Source of the DNA: Asterias rubens
Taxonomy: Eukaryota
Assembly: GCF_902459465.1 (NCBI RefSeq)
Contig: NC_047062.1
Coordinates: 10,168,001 to 10,232,000, forward strand
Direction: 5' to 3'
DNA length: 64,000 bases
Under the pieces are notes generated by a model. The model worked only from the letters and a program-made list of their open reading frames with translations. It was not told the DNA's origin and did not search any database. Positions 37,201-49,984 of the stretch are shown here, one piece after another. The stretch's first letter is position 1. Each line of letters opens with the position of its first letter. A program made the position numbers and the translations under genes.

Positions 37201-38299
37201 TTCAACTGGCGTCATTTTCTCTGTAAGGTGTCTATAATGATGCAACCTGTAGGCCCTACCATGAAGTCAAGTTTTAACAACCAAGTTTTTGCAGTTTATG
37301 GTCTATACTAGTAGTTAGGGAATGTACTTCAAGAAATGGATGACTGTACACAAATAAATTGGTCTGAGACGGTGGCATTTAAAAAAAACACACAATCATT
37401 TAATAGACCTACATTTAAACTTTATTTGTTAGTGTTATATATTGTACTTTTCTTCCTTTCTAATTTTTCACAGTCAGATTGGAGCTATAATAAAGATCAT
37501 TAATTTCTTATAATATTTCCGTCATTACCAATAGAATTTCAATAAACAAAATGTTGATAATTTTAGTTTGAAAAATTTAGTTTGAAAATTAAAGAATCGA
37601 ATATTAAAAATCCCTCCAAAAAATAAAAAAATGTTTTCTTATAGAAAATGGTCAAGTTTTTGGTTTTCTTGTGACAGTCAATTACTTGTAAAGGCACACT
37701 TTATCACATGCAAAACCAATTTTGTGAAATCCACACGACTTGCTCTAACGACCTTATAATCCCCAGCCAGGGCAGAAAACAAGCTAATTGTAATTAAAAT
37801 TTCATAACATGATTATGTTATTAATATATTGGCATGCCGATTTATTCAATTATATTTTATACTTTTCTTTCGACATGATTTAAGATGTTTTCATAGAGTC
37901 AGTTTTTAGTTTAGACATACTGTTATAATATTGGTGGGTATACCTTTGGTTAATCCAAAAGTTAATGACCATACAAATTTACTTCATAGAGAACACTGAA
38001 GAGCTTTTGATATTATCAAAACTTCCCCCATTGAAGTAATGTAGAAGAGGTAATTTGTCACAACCAAAACTTGGAATCTGTGTAAAGCTTCAGGCATGAA
38101 GCCTTACTCGGGCATCTGAAAGCACAAAATCCTATGCAAAAAAGGTTGCTTTTTCTTTCATCGTTTTCTTGCAAATTCGATGACCATTCAAAGTGAAATT
38201 AATTTTCACAGACTCCTTATTTTACCATGTTTGGATACACCAAGTGAGGATACTGTTCTATGACAATAACAACAGTCTTTAGGTATACGTCCCTGGTTT

Positions 38300-38460
38300 A
38301 CTAAAAAATATAGTAACTGGATTTATATAACACCTAATTACCAAAGGATGTAAGGCGCTTTATAGGGAGAAAAGAAAGACCAAAGTGATGGTGAGGAGAA
38401 CAGGTAAGTCTTGAGATGAGACCCTTTTTGAACAGAACAGTCTGAGCGTTTTAAATGGGG
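38300..38460 (-). mobile_element. Short L2/CR1-type LINE 3' remnant
   Basis: - strand reads QKGSHLKTYLFSS, then a short UTR and an A/T-rich tail, resembling the end of 9612-10212. Confidence 0.45.
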
Positions 38461-38507
38461 ACATGAAGACTGTTCCATAGGCGGGTGTATGTGTCTCGAG
38501 TTATCAC

Positions 38508-38677
38508 GGCCCAATTTTATAAAAACTATTAAGCAACAAATATTGCTCAGCAAATTTCTCTGCTAAGCAGAAATTGAGTGGGGCACCAGCTGCAAAAATG
38601 TAAACTTCATTTGGGCTGGTACCTAGTTTCCACTTAGCAAGATTCTTCTGTGCTTAAAGGCTTTATGAAGCTGGGCC
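38508..38677. mobile_element. Harbinger-like MITE related to 23931-24178
   Basis: ggcccaattttata...tatgaagctgggcc termini. Confidence 0.55.
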
Positions 38678-39147
38678 CTGGTCCTATAAAGTTTTTCTCT
38701 ATGGGCAGGTGCACAAAAACAAACAAAGAAAGCCTACAAGATTGTTCTGCTGTGTAAAAGACCCTCTAAGTCGGCGAGTGTGTAAGACCACATGCACTTG
38801 CGTCATTTAAGCGTGGACTATTGGGCAAAGGAATTGAGCAAGATAGCATTGCAATTAAGGCTACATGGGGACAGCTATGATGTCATGTCCATACAAATTA
38901 TCTACCTGGAAATATTTGCAGATCCTACACAAAATTGTTGAGCTTAAATTTTTGGTTGAGTTTCAGACCTTCAACCTGATTGAGCCCTACCCCCTCCCCC
39001 CTGGCCACTTTGCATTGTACGAGTGGCAATGGAATGGTGTGATAACGTGTTCCTGATGCAATAAGCCTTGCCATGCAATAAGCATTGGCAGATTTTGGAA
39101 CACTAGTGGGCAGCAGATTTACTAGGTAAATTTATGTTGTTTACATA

Positions 39148-39316
39148 GGCCCTTTTTTTGAAACCACAGCTTCGGCTTTAGATTCAGCTTCAAGCTCCAT
39201 CCTCGTGTCTGAAGCCCTGAGCACGTACACAAAACACGCGCAATTGCAAAGACAACCACAGGGCCAAGCTTGCCTGAGCTGAATCCAAAGCCGAAGCCGT
39301 GGTTTTGAAAAGGGCC
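39148..39316. mobile_element. Harbinger-like MITE
   Basis: ggcccttttt...aaaagggcc with 3-bp TSD ATA; same family as 49833-49971. Confidence 0.75.
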
Positions 39317-39537
39317 ATAGTTCTGAAAGTTTCCAAAGAAAATGAATTGAATAGAAAGTCTGCTGCCACCTACTCTCCCCAAAAGTACACAAATAGTTGA
39401 GTTTACCCACATGATGGTCTCTAGCCTTGCCAATGTTATATAAAATGCTGCCAAATATTGACATGCAATCGTGTGGCTTATTTTGAAAGACTATTAAATT
39501 ATACATGTTTTAATAGAGGATTTTTCACAGAAGAGTC

Positions 39538-42500
39538 TTACATTTTGGACATCACCAAAAAATTCTTCTTTGTGATCAGATCTGGTGAGATGTCTTTGAT
39601 TGAGACACATCCTGAAAAAGAAGTCAATAAATTCAAAGGTTAAAATTGAAATACATAAAAACCTACCTACGAGATCCTTTCTAAGATTTCTTTTGTAGGC
39701 GGATCAATATTCTACAGTAAAACAATCTATTAAGCTACAATGTCAAAAAAAGGATAATATTACGATAACAATATTTATAGATTAAAAATGCTCTTTTCAA
39801 AGCCAAAGTAATGCCCCCTCCCCTAACAAAAACTAAAAAGCACAACAATATTTCACTTATACTACCCCATCTTTTACATTAAAGACACTGGACACAATTG
39901 GTTATTGTCAAAGACCAGTCTTCTCACTTGTGTATCTCAACATGTGCAGAAAACAACAAACCTGTAAAAATTTGAGCTCAATTGGTCGTTGAAGTAATAA
40001 TGAAAGTCAAATAGCACCCTTGTCACACAAAGTTGTGTGCTTTCAGATGCTTGATTTCTATGCTCAAAATCTAAATATGAGGTCTCAAAATAACATTTGT
40101 GGAATATTACTTCTTTCTCCAAAACTATGATACTTCAGAGCGAACCGTTTCTCATAATGTTTTATAGAGTAATTTATCACTCAAATATAAAATGACTTCA
40201 GCTGAAGCTTTTTATTTCCATCTGAAAGCAAATAAATTAAAAGGTGTCTAGTGCCTTTAAGAAATCATTCCCAGCTTCTAGACCTGTTAATTATGGAACA
40301 ACTCACCAGAAAGGGCCATTGCTAGACTGAACTCTTCCCGAATGATTTCAAGAATCTTCTTCACTCCTGCTTCACCCTAAACAAATCAATGTATAAATTC
40401 AAAGTCAGATTATGAGTATGCAAATCAAAACTTTTAGAGAAAACATTTGGAGGTTCGCTGTGACTAATTTTTTAAAGCTTATGAGCCCAGAACATTGCTC
40501 AGAAGAGGTAATGTGGTTTGCAAAATCAGCTTAGAAGCCAAGAAATGTACAATCATGACAATAGGCAAGAAAATCAAGTTTTTGTCATCCCCACCAGCTT
40601 TCTTTTTCTACGGCATTCTTGATATTTCTAAATAAATATTTCTGTTTTTAAAAAAAGGAACTATACAGAAAACAGATTCATAGCTATTCTTTGTCATCTT
40701 TGTTACAGTTTGTAATTGGTGGCAACGATGTAGGGAGTCCAACTTTTCCATTTAAATTTAACGCTTCAAGACCCGGAACTTACATCCCCAAACTGCACGA
40801 TATATAACCATTGTGAACATTTTGGAGGTCAATTCATTTGTGTACATTTTTAGACATTTTGGGGTCAACTCACTTGTGTATATTTTGTACAAGAATGGAA
40901 ATTTGTTTTCCTCAGTCACACACTAAAAATAATGAAGGTTTCATTTTGTTGAAGCATACATGTACTTGTTTTTTTTACTTGTATATGTTCTTATTACTTG
41001 TCTGAGAAACGAAACAAATACAGATAATGCTTTCCTAAATCAAACCTAAATAGTGCGATTAGTGTTGTAGGCGCGACTATTAATTGCTTAGTCAAGTTGC
41101 GACTGTTGTTAATGGTGTAGCCACAACAACTACAAAAACAGTCGCGACTTCCTGAATGGTGAACCAATTGTATTGCTCACAACAATCCTTCAATCCATTA
41201 AACGTGGATTTTACAATTTGCGTCTGCAGCAAAAACAATTTGCCACAAAGCATCTTGGGAATAAAAGATTTGTTGCGACTAGTGTCGAAGTCGCAACAAT
41301 TTCAGGCGCGACTAGTCAAAAAAGGACTAGTCAAGTAAATTTCACTGGTCGCCCAGGCCTAGTCAGAAATAAGGTTCACTTACATCGTAAGCCAGTCCCC
41401 ACAGGACTGGTCGGCCGATGAAGACGGCTCTAGCCCACAGGGCCAGCGCCTTCAAGACATCAGTGCCTTTTCTTACTCCTCCATCGAGATACATCTCTAT
41501 GTTGGACCCTCGCACTGCCTCCACCACCTCGGACAATGCGTCTATCTTTGAATACTGTAAATGGTACTTACATCGTAAGCCAGTCCCCACAGGACCGGTC
41601 GGCCGATGAAGACGGCTCTAGCCCCCAGGGCCAGCGCCTTCAAGACATCAGTGCCTTTTCTTACTCCTCCATCGAGATACACCTCTATGTTGGACCCTCG
41701 CACTGCCTCCACCACCTCGGACAATGCGTCTATCTGAATATACATAAAATTTTAAAAAACTTAAAGAAATTCTTTTCATTATTTCAAATGTGCATATTTT
41801 GTGTTATTTCTTAACAGTCTCAGCTTTTATATTGACAGATTAAATAGGAACACATTTCTAAGTATGTGAAGTTAAAGCATGTGACCAACATTAGTAATTG
41901 TCAGATGACACTACTCATACTTTATGAGACCCCACAAACTGGAAACAAAAAACCTGTGAAAGTTTAAGCTCACTTTCTCATGGAGCCACCAAAATACAAG
42001 TAGTAAACAAACAAAAATTATGTTTTCACCGCTTTAAACATTGGGTTTTTGACTCAGGAGTGAAAAACTTGTTGTTTTTCTCATTTTTGAAAAACTGCAG
42101 CATTTCAGGCAAACAGATTTTAAAGGGAAGTTTTCATCACTTCCCATCTGTAAATCTGAACCGAAGTATGCCCTCAGTAAAATATTACGTTTCCTACACT
42201 GTGCAATCAGAGTCACTCTGTTTAATGATGTACCGTGACAAGGACAATTAGATTGAGTTCACTCACCGTTGCTAGGACACCATCAAGCTGCCTTGCCCCA
42301 TGGTTTGACACGACGATGCCTGAGATGTTATGTTTGACAGCGAGACGCGCATCCTCAGCTGAAACATAAAATTTACAATCAACGACTTGAGCATTAAGAA
42401 CTTAATAATAATAACATGTAATAATAATCGATTGTTATATCACGCGTTTCACACCCGAAGGGCTTCTCAAAACTAGCACTCCACCATGTACCTCTTTACC

Positions 42501-45500
42501 TGTGAGTATCCCTTTAAGGACGATAGGCATTGATGTGATTGTCTTGAGCCATTCGATGTGCTCCCAGTTCAGTGACGGATCTATGAGTGAAGCGACGTAA
42601 GCGGCCAGACCAGAGTCCTCTGAGTGCTTCACCCCGCTCGAAAGATGAGCATTAACGTTGAAGTTGGCTAACCTAATAATAAAAAGAACCTGTCCTGTTT
42701 AAAAACGGAGGGTCTGTTCATCGCTTGGCTTTTGTCAACATAATGTTGATTCAAGGGGAAATCATCAAGAAAAATACAACCAAAAGTCACATTATGTAAA
42801 ATATTCAGTTGAATAAAGTGTGTACTTTATTGAGAAAACAGCTAAAACTGTCACAGTGTTTTCAACATTACCATTTACACTAGGTGAGAGCAAGTACCAG
42901 GCAGCACTCAACAGTCACTTAGGATATTTCAAAAAAGCCGCCTGCAGACAATCTTTAGAGATTTTTGCCTTTCTGTATTGATTTATTATCAATTCGGGCA
43001 CTTCACACAAGATAATTCTGCAAAACACGTACTACTGTTACCAATCTTCACTAGCAGGCTTTCAGATAAAACTTACATCTTTTTTTTTTTTTCATTATTC
43101 CAAAGTATGACCCTACCTTTAAAAATCTCTTTGCAGCAGAAACGTTTTTAAACAATCATCTTGAGTAAAATTTGTCTAGCCTCCCCTTTTCTACAACCCT
43201 TTGCCTCATACCTGAGATGTGATGGCAAAGAAAACTTGTTTCTAACATCAGCTAGTCTCCTCCCTAACATAGGCGTGTCCACCGTGACGAACAGCGCCTT
43301 GTAACCAGCTTGCTCCGCCCTCCTGACAAGATCTCTGACGACGTTACGATCTCGGTAGACATAGAGCTGAAACCAGCGCAGGCCTTCAGGTGTGCAGGCT
43401 TCCGCTACCTCCTCAATTGTGGACGTGGCCCATGAACTCAGAATGATACCAGTTCCAAGAGATGAGGCCGCTTGAAAAGAAATAAACATAAATAATGTGA
43501 ATGTTTTATGGTTTGGCTTTTCGTTTTAGGCTAATCAGCATTCTTTGGAACTAAACTGCCATGTGACGAGACTTGTTGACAAGTTTTTATTATTAGGTTA
43601 ATTAAAAACATTTCAGAAGTCACTCCAATACGCTGATTTGTATTTGAATCACAATCATTACAATAAATATATAAAAGGCACAAAGGCCAATAGAGACAGA
43701 CTATAAAAACATGTTGTCGTCCAGTTAATGAATCGCAATTTCCTGATTTGTGCATCATAATCAAAGATGTTAAACCAAAGTTTGTATTAGAGAGATTGGC
43801 TGTCCCAACTTGGTGTTTATACCTTTTGCTGTTGCCACTTCTCCATCACTGTGTGCCATACGCTGCATCGCTGTGGGAGCTACAGCTATAGGAAAAGCAA
43901 TCTCTTGACCCAAGATAGTGGTACGAAGGTCTCGTTTGGAAACATCCCTTAATAGTTTAGGCCTCAGTCGGTATCTGTAGAAAATAAACACATATTAGTT
44001 TTGGTTTTACCCATATACTCAGTATTTTTCCAAAATCTGTTTAAAAAAATCACAGGTACTCCGATAAGATCAGAACTAACGACCTTCGCATTTCTAGAGC
44101 AGTGTCATAGACCACCGAAATTGCCTGGTACATGTAGCTAGAGCCAGTTTGAATATGTTTTAGCAGTGATTTAATAGATGTTTAGATTTAATAGATGTGT
44201 AGCTGTCAAAATTCAAGTGCCGAGTTGCCAGGATGAGATGTTCAAAACAAATACACTTGCATGAAAAAGATCACACAAAACTTACATAGGCCTATATGAT
44301 TTCTGCATGTAATGTTTTCTGATTTTTAATTGTATTACATTTAACTATATTTTTATTATAAGAGATGTTAATTTTGCATCGGGGATAAAGAGTATTAATT
44401 TTTGTTTTTTACCCATACACCGATATTTGTTAGCACTGTATACTCAGTACTTTCCCGAGTCGAGTCCTGTGAAAAAAGATCACAGGCATGTTACTCGGGT
44501 GGGATTCGAACCCACGACCCTTGCAATTCTAGAGCAGTGTCTTACCAACTAGACTGCCGAGGTTGCACGGTAGCTAGAGGTAGTTTGAATCCTATGTTTT
44601 GGCAGCGGGTACCGCAACGATTATAAACTTGCATCGGGGATAAAGAATATTAATTTTGTTTTTTTTACCCATACACCGATGTGTGTTAGCACTATATACT
44701 CAGTACTTTCCCCGAGTCCTGTAAAAAAATATCACAGGCATGTTATCTTTTTATTGTATTAACTGACAAATTGTAGCCCATACTCCAGGATTCCTACACA
44801 CACACACAACACAGGTGGGGATATTATATTAAATTATTATAATACTACTACTAGAAGGTGGAACACCTTCACCTGCCTTAGAACTACTCCTAGAACTATT
44901 GCGGTTTCGTCCGCTATCGTCTTTACGAATTACGGAAGCCGATAGCAGACAAAATAGTTCTAGGGGTAGGAGTATCGTAGCGTCATACGTTATCGACCCT
45001 CATATGTTTTCGAACCCCAACTTTGATTCCCATTTACCGCGAGATTGTGCAAGCTGCACCGGTGACAGAAGCTATGCAGTTTACTCAGGCTTAATCATGC
45101 TTAGGATAAAGTTTCCTGTCGTTGGTTATGCTCAAACATTTATAAAATGATTGATTTTTGGTACAAATCACTAGTGCATTATTATGCCAACATTCAAATG
45201 AGTCAAAGAAACATCATCCAACCTCGAAAGTTCAAAACAAAATTGCTATCTGCTAGATTGATTTTCGTTTTGCTTTAGTCACTAGATGGATCACATGAGG
45301 TGGTTACTATTTGGAATTCTACGGTGTGCCAATATGGGGAAACAAATTAAATATTTTAAGTGAAAATGACAAAAAAACAATTTTTTTTATGAACTGCATA
45401 CTGTTATAAATTCCGATAAGCGTAATATGTAATTAATATTAAGTCTACATTATTGAGAAAATATCATAGATTGGTTTCTTATCTCCTTAAACCAAACATT

Positions 45501-46341
45501 ACTGGTCTGAAATGGTGGAAAACGGATTGTTATGAAGTGTGTGTGCTTCAAGGGGGGTGTGGTGTTTTACTTTCATGCCTTATTATATCTCTGGATTCTA
45601 AATATAGTAGCCATAATGCCTTAGGACAAAAATGTAATTAAATTGGTTAAGTAGTCATTGAATAATATTTTTGAATTATTTTGCACGCCATACTAGCTTC
45701 TGAACTTTCAATAAAATACCAACCAATGAAAGGTGTGAAAACATATGACGTTGCTCCAATGTCGTGCATGAATAAGCACTGTTAATGGCGGACTGTCTCT
45801 CGCAACGTAAAACCAAAACTTTAAAAATTTCAACACACCATGAAGTGTAAGTGTTATTGGTAAAAAATTGGATAGATGATTTGAAAAAAAAAACATTCAG
45901 TTTTTGATTGCGAACTATTTTTCTGTTATCCTACTGAAAACACATGACACCCGGGTATGGTTCGTTCCGCTCTCGCCTCGTTCGTGATGACGATAGCGGA
46001 ACGAATCGCATAAAATAGTTTTAGGAGTAGAAGTTAGAACAGGATCCGTAGAACACCTCCATCATCTGCTGTATGAACCGTCGACTATATAGCTCTATGA
46101 CCGTCGACCATCTGCATCTGCTGAACATGCTGAACCATGCCATGGGATGGCTGAACCGTCGACCGTCATCATCTACCTCCATGCCCAGCAAAGGTACCTA
46201 CCGTTGAAAAGCGTCCACATTATCCCTCAACGATTGCTCGTCATTCGCCCCACTTTGGTAATAATCGAAGGCATTCTTTGCGAGCCGCCTTCTTGCAATA
46301 CCCTCACAGTCTCCCAAACACACGGGTTGTTGTGTCGACAT
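39538..46341 (-). CDS. HAO1: Hydroxyacid oxidase 1 / glycolate oxidase (FMN-dependent, peroxisomal), 373 aa
   Basis: GT-AG exons in consistent phase: 46341-46202, 43974-43823, 43470-43212, 42672-42500, 42358-42267, 41733-41572 (or duplicate 41545-41384), 40376-40307, 39611-39538. Motifs [75 protein letters not shown]-terminal SKM is PTS1-like. Confidence 0.95.
39883..40256 (+). mobile_element. Kolobok-like MITE family A in the last HAO1 intron
   Basis: TTAA-agacactggacac...gtgtctagtgcct-TTAA. Confidence 0.8.
41384..41545 (-). other. HAO1: Tandem duplicate of HAO1 exon 6
   Basis: 162-bp copy of 41572-41733 with 3 substitutions, its own AG (41547-46) and GTAAGT donor (41383); only 26 nt from the upstream copy. 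Confidence 0.9.
43995..44745 (-). mobile_element. Tandem copies of tRNA-related repeat family 1 in HAO1 intron 1
   Basis: On the - strand: ...ggcagtctagttggtaagacactgctctagaattgcaagggtcgtgggttcgaatccc... (A- and B-box-like); body repeated about three times. Boundaries approximate. Confidence 0.7.
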
Positions 46342-47304
46342 TATTTCTCTCAGTCGGTCGGTCAAGATGATCAGCTGATTTTTGTGACCCACACCCAAAA
46401 TAAACAATTTAGATTTTACACGTCCGTGGTCTCGGTGCAACACGTTCTTGGTGGTAAAACCGCAAAACCACTGGAGGCGCTTACACAACACTCTGATAAT
46501 GATCAACAACGTTTTCAGCAAGACTAGTAAGTATTGCCGACAAGGGCAAAAAGCAGGGTCCTAGCTAGCTTCCAAACTGTCGAGTCTTGTTCTTATTGGG
46601 AGTTGGGGTACCATACCTTAATTTGTGGCGTCGTCTGCTAGTATAGTTGTCTAGCTAAAATGGAGGGTGGAAAGTATTATGATAATATCGCTATGCTTCG
46701 GATCCAGTTTTGGCTATATCGATTTGAAGCGCTTTCCACACTAATTGACGGAGGCTAATCCCATGGTCTATCAAAAGGCCCAACGAATTGATAATTTAGT
46801 TTCAAAGATTTTGACTACTGCCAATTCCAACTAGATTATTTTATAAATTAAGTGTCAGATCAGCAAAACGCAAAACTCAATCAGACAGTCCATTCCTTTC
46901 TTTTGTTTTAATAAATTGGAATAATCATCATTCTTAAATGGATATTAATAAATCTCATTACAAATTAGAAAGACTAATTCAAAATTGAATTTTTTTAAGT
47001 TAACAATTTAACTTTTAAAGATAACACTAAATCTTAATTAGTAAAACAGTTCTTAAGAGCCAACAAATGCTTCAAAATTATTCTAACGAATTAGATAAAA
47101 TTAAATGTAAATTGCAACTTTGATCAAAACAAGTCATTACTTTTTCAGAACAGATCATCAAGGTAGAAACTGGATTGCATAACATTGCTTTCTAGTGGTT
47201 GAACAACTTTTTAAAAAATCAATGTTTGGCAATATCACTGTTCAGGTGCTGGTACTCTATAGAAAAAAAACAATGTTATAATCGAAGAATCATAATTTGT
47301 TTAA

Positions 47305-47667
47305 AGGGAAGGTACACTATTGGTAATTGTCAAAGACCAGTGTTCTCACTACGTGCATCTCAACATATGCATAAAATAACAGTTCAATTTGAGTTCAATT
47401 GGTCATCGGAGTTGGGAGAAAATGATGGGAAAAAAACACATCCTTGTTGGACAAATTTGTGTGCTTTCAGACAGGAATAAAAGACTTCGAGCTAGAAGTC
47501 TTTTATTATTTTAGTGAGAGATTACCTCTATTACGAAACTTACGCTACTTCAGAAGGAGCCGTTTCTCTCAATGTTTAATATTATCAACAGCTCTCCAAT
47601 GTTCACTACAAAGTCAGTTTTTAAGTTAGTATTTGTTTCGAGATATTACCAAACGTGTACCTTCCCT
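47305..47667 (+). mobile_element. Kolobok-like MITE, variant termini
   Basis: TTAA-agggaaggtacac...gtgtaccttccct-TTAA; interior related to family A. Confidence 0.8.
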
Positions 47668-47726
47668 TTAAAACATTTTTTCTTGATGACATTATTTCAT
47701 ATGAACTTATTTTGATATAAACATAA

Positions 47727-48665
47727 ACTGCATTAATTTTGGTTTTACGCATGAACACCAATGTAATTAGCACCGTAAACTCATTACTTTCCCCGAGCTG
47801 TGTAAAAAAAAAACGCTTATTACTCCGGTGGGATTCAAACCCATGACCTTTTCAATTCTAGACAATGTCTTACCAATGGTAACACACCTCTAGAATTGCA
47901 AAGGTCATAGGTTTGAATCATGTTGGTTAGACACTGCTCTACAATTTCAAAGGTTGTGGGTTAAATCGAATCCCAACCAAGTACTACTACGCCTGTGATT
48001 TATTTTCACAGAGCTCGTGTGAGTGCTAAACACAAATCAATGCAGATGGGTAAACCAAAATTAATAATCTTTATCCCTCGATGCAAATTTCCATCTATTA
48101 AAGACAGTGGACACTATTGGAAATTGTCAAAGACCAGTCTTCTCACTTGGTGTATCTCAACTTATACATAAAATAACAAACCTGTGACAATTTGAGCTCA
48201 ATCGTTCGTCAAAATTGCGAAATAATAATGAAAGAAAAAACACACTTGTCACACGATGTTGTGTGCTTTCAGATGCTTGATTTAGAGACCTCAAATTCTA
48301 AATCTGAGGTTTCAAAACCAAACTCGTGGAAAATTACTTCTTTCTCGAAAACTATGTTACTTCAGAGGGAGCCATTTCTCACATTGTTTTATACTATCAA
48401 CAGCTCCCCATTACTCGTTACCAAATAAGGTTTCCAGCTAACAACTATTTTGAGTAATTACCAATAGTGCCCACTGCCTTTAAAGAATTGCTCTAGAATT
48501 ACAAAGGTTGTGGGTTCGAATCCCAACCGAGTAATATGACTGTGGATTTTTTTTCACAGAGCTTGGGAAAGTACTGAGTAAACAGTGCTTAACACACATC
48601 AACAAATATGGGTAAAACCAAAATTAATATCCTTTATCCCCGATGCAAATTTCCATCTGTTAAAG
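47727..48665. mobile_element. Cluster of tRNA-related repeat family 1 copies in both orientations, interrupted by a TTAA MITE
   Basis: Repeated ctctagaatt(g/a)caaagg..gtgggttcgaatccc and gggtaaaaccaaaattaat...ccccgatgcaaattt motifs. Confidence 0.65.
48102..48479 (+). mobile_element. Kolobok-like MITE family A inserted between tandem tRNA-related repeats
   Basis: TTAA-agacagtggacac...gtgcccactgcct-TTAA. Confidence 0.85.
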
Positions 48666-49307
48666 AATTGTCTAGGATTTCAAAGGTCGTGGATTAGAAT
48701 CCCACCAGAGTATATTTTGAGATTAAAAATGATTCATCTATTTTCAAAACTCAGGCCATCTACCTACTACAAATGTGAAAATCTGACAATTGAGGCAGTC
48801 ACTTTAATTCAAAGGCATGAGGTGCTAAAGTGAATTAATGGCAAACAATTTTAATCTTGAATTAAAAAAACGTTATTTATTATTTCTCTGCATTTCAATA
48901 AGCCATTTGATTTGTATGATGTCTAAAGAGCTGCTTAAGCACAAAAAGTAGCCAAGCACAACAAATCTGTGCTTACCAAAATAAAGTTACCAGCCAAGCT
49001 ACCATATTACGTGTTCATTTCTGCTAAGCAGACAACTTTTAAGCAATTTTGTTCTGCTTAAGCAGCTCTGTAAATTAAATGGGGGCCAGTTTGGTACATC
49101 ACAAGTGAATGCTTAGCTTGAATTCTTAAAGACCACATCAAGCGCTCTGCTATGTCACACATGGTTAGGGCGAAGATTTTTCATGGTATACCTATACTCA
49201 TTAGTTTTTGCACTTCAATGTGCCATTTACGAGTTAGATTTTGATGCTCCGTACATCACAAGTGTATGCTCAACTTGAATTCCTAAAGCTTTTTCTTATT
49301 ACATCAA

Positions 49308-49699
49308 AGGGACACGTTGCCTTGGATCGGGCGAGTTGGTCTATAAAATGTTTTTAAAAAATACAAATCTAAAGTGTTATAAAGTGCATATAGTTGGAAA
49401 GATGTTTTAAAAGTAGAATAAAGTCTGATCCACACAAATATGCCTTGAAATTGCGTGATTAGCCTTATATTTTGTGAACTAACACGGTCGGCCATTTCGT
49501 GCAATCACAAAAATTACTCCACAAAATGACATGCCATGTTAGTTCAGGATGTAAAAGGAAAATCGCACAATTTTGATGTTTTTTTGTGTGGATCATTATA
49601 TTCTACTTTTAAAACATCTTTCCAACCATATACCTTTTGACAATTGGGTTTCAACTGCTTTTCATGGACCAACTCTTCGATCTGATGCAATGTGTTCCT
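49308..49699. mobile_element. Palindromic MITE family B, diverged copy
   Basis: agggacacgttgccttggatc...gcaatgtgttcct; alignable by eye to 22290-22673. Confidence 0.75.
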
Positions 49700-49832
49700 T
49701 TAGAATACAAGTCTCTCGACAGTATAAAACATTTCTGAAACCTTACTTGTCAAACATTGATACATGTAGGAGGTACAATATATACACCGAGCTCACAATC
49801 TGTGAGATCTAAGACACTCTTAGAGACAATAT

Positions 49833-49971
49833 GGCCCTTTTCGAATCCTATGGCTTCGGCTTCAGGCTCCATTTCAATTTGCTCGTCTGAAGCCCTGAGC
49901 ACATACGCAAAGCACGCGCAATTGTAAAAACAACCGAATCCACAGCCAAAGACGTGTTTTCGAAAAGGGCC
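49833..49971. mobile_element. Harbinger-like MITE just downstream of the bHLH-HMG stop codon
   Basis: ggcccttttcgaa...ttcgaaaagggcc with TSD TAT. Confidence 0.75.
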
Positions 49972-49984
49972 TATGTCAACTGAG

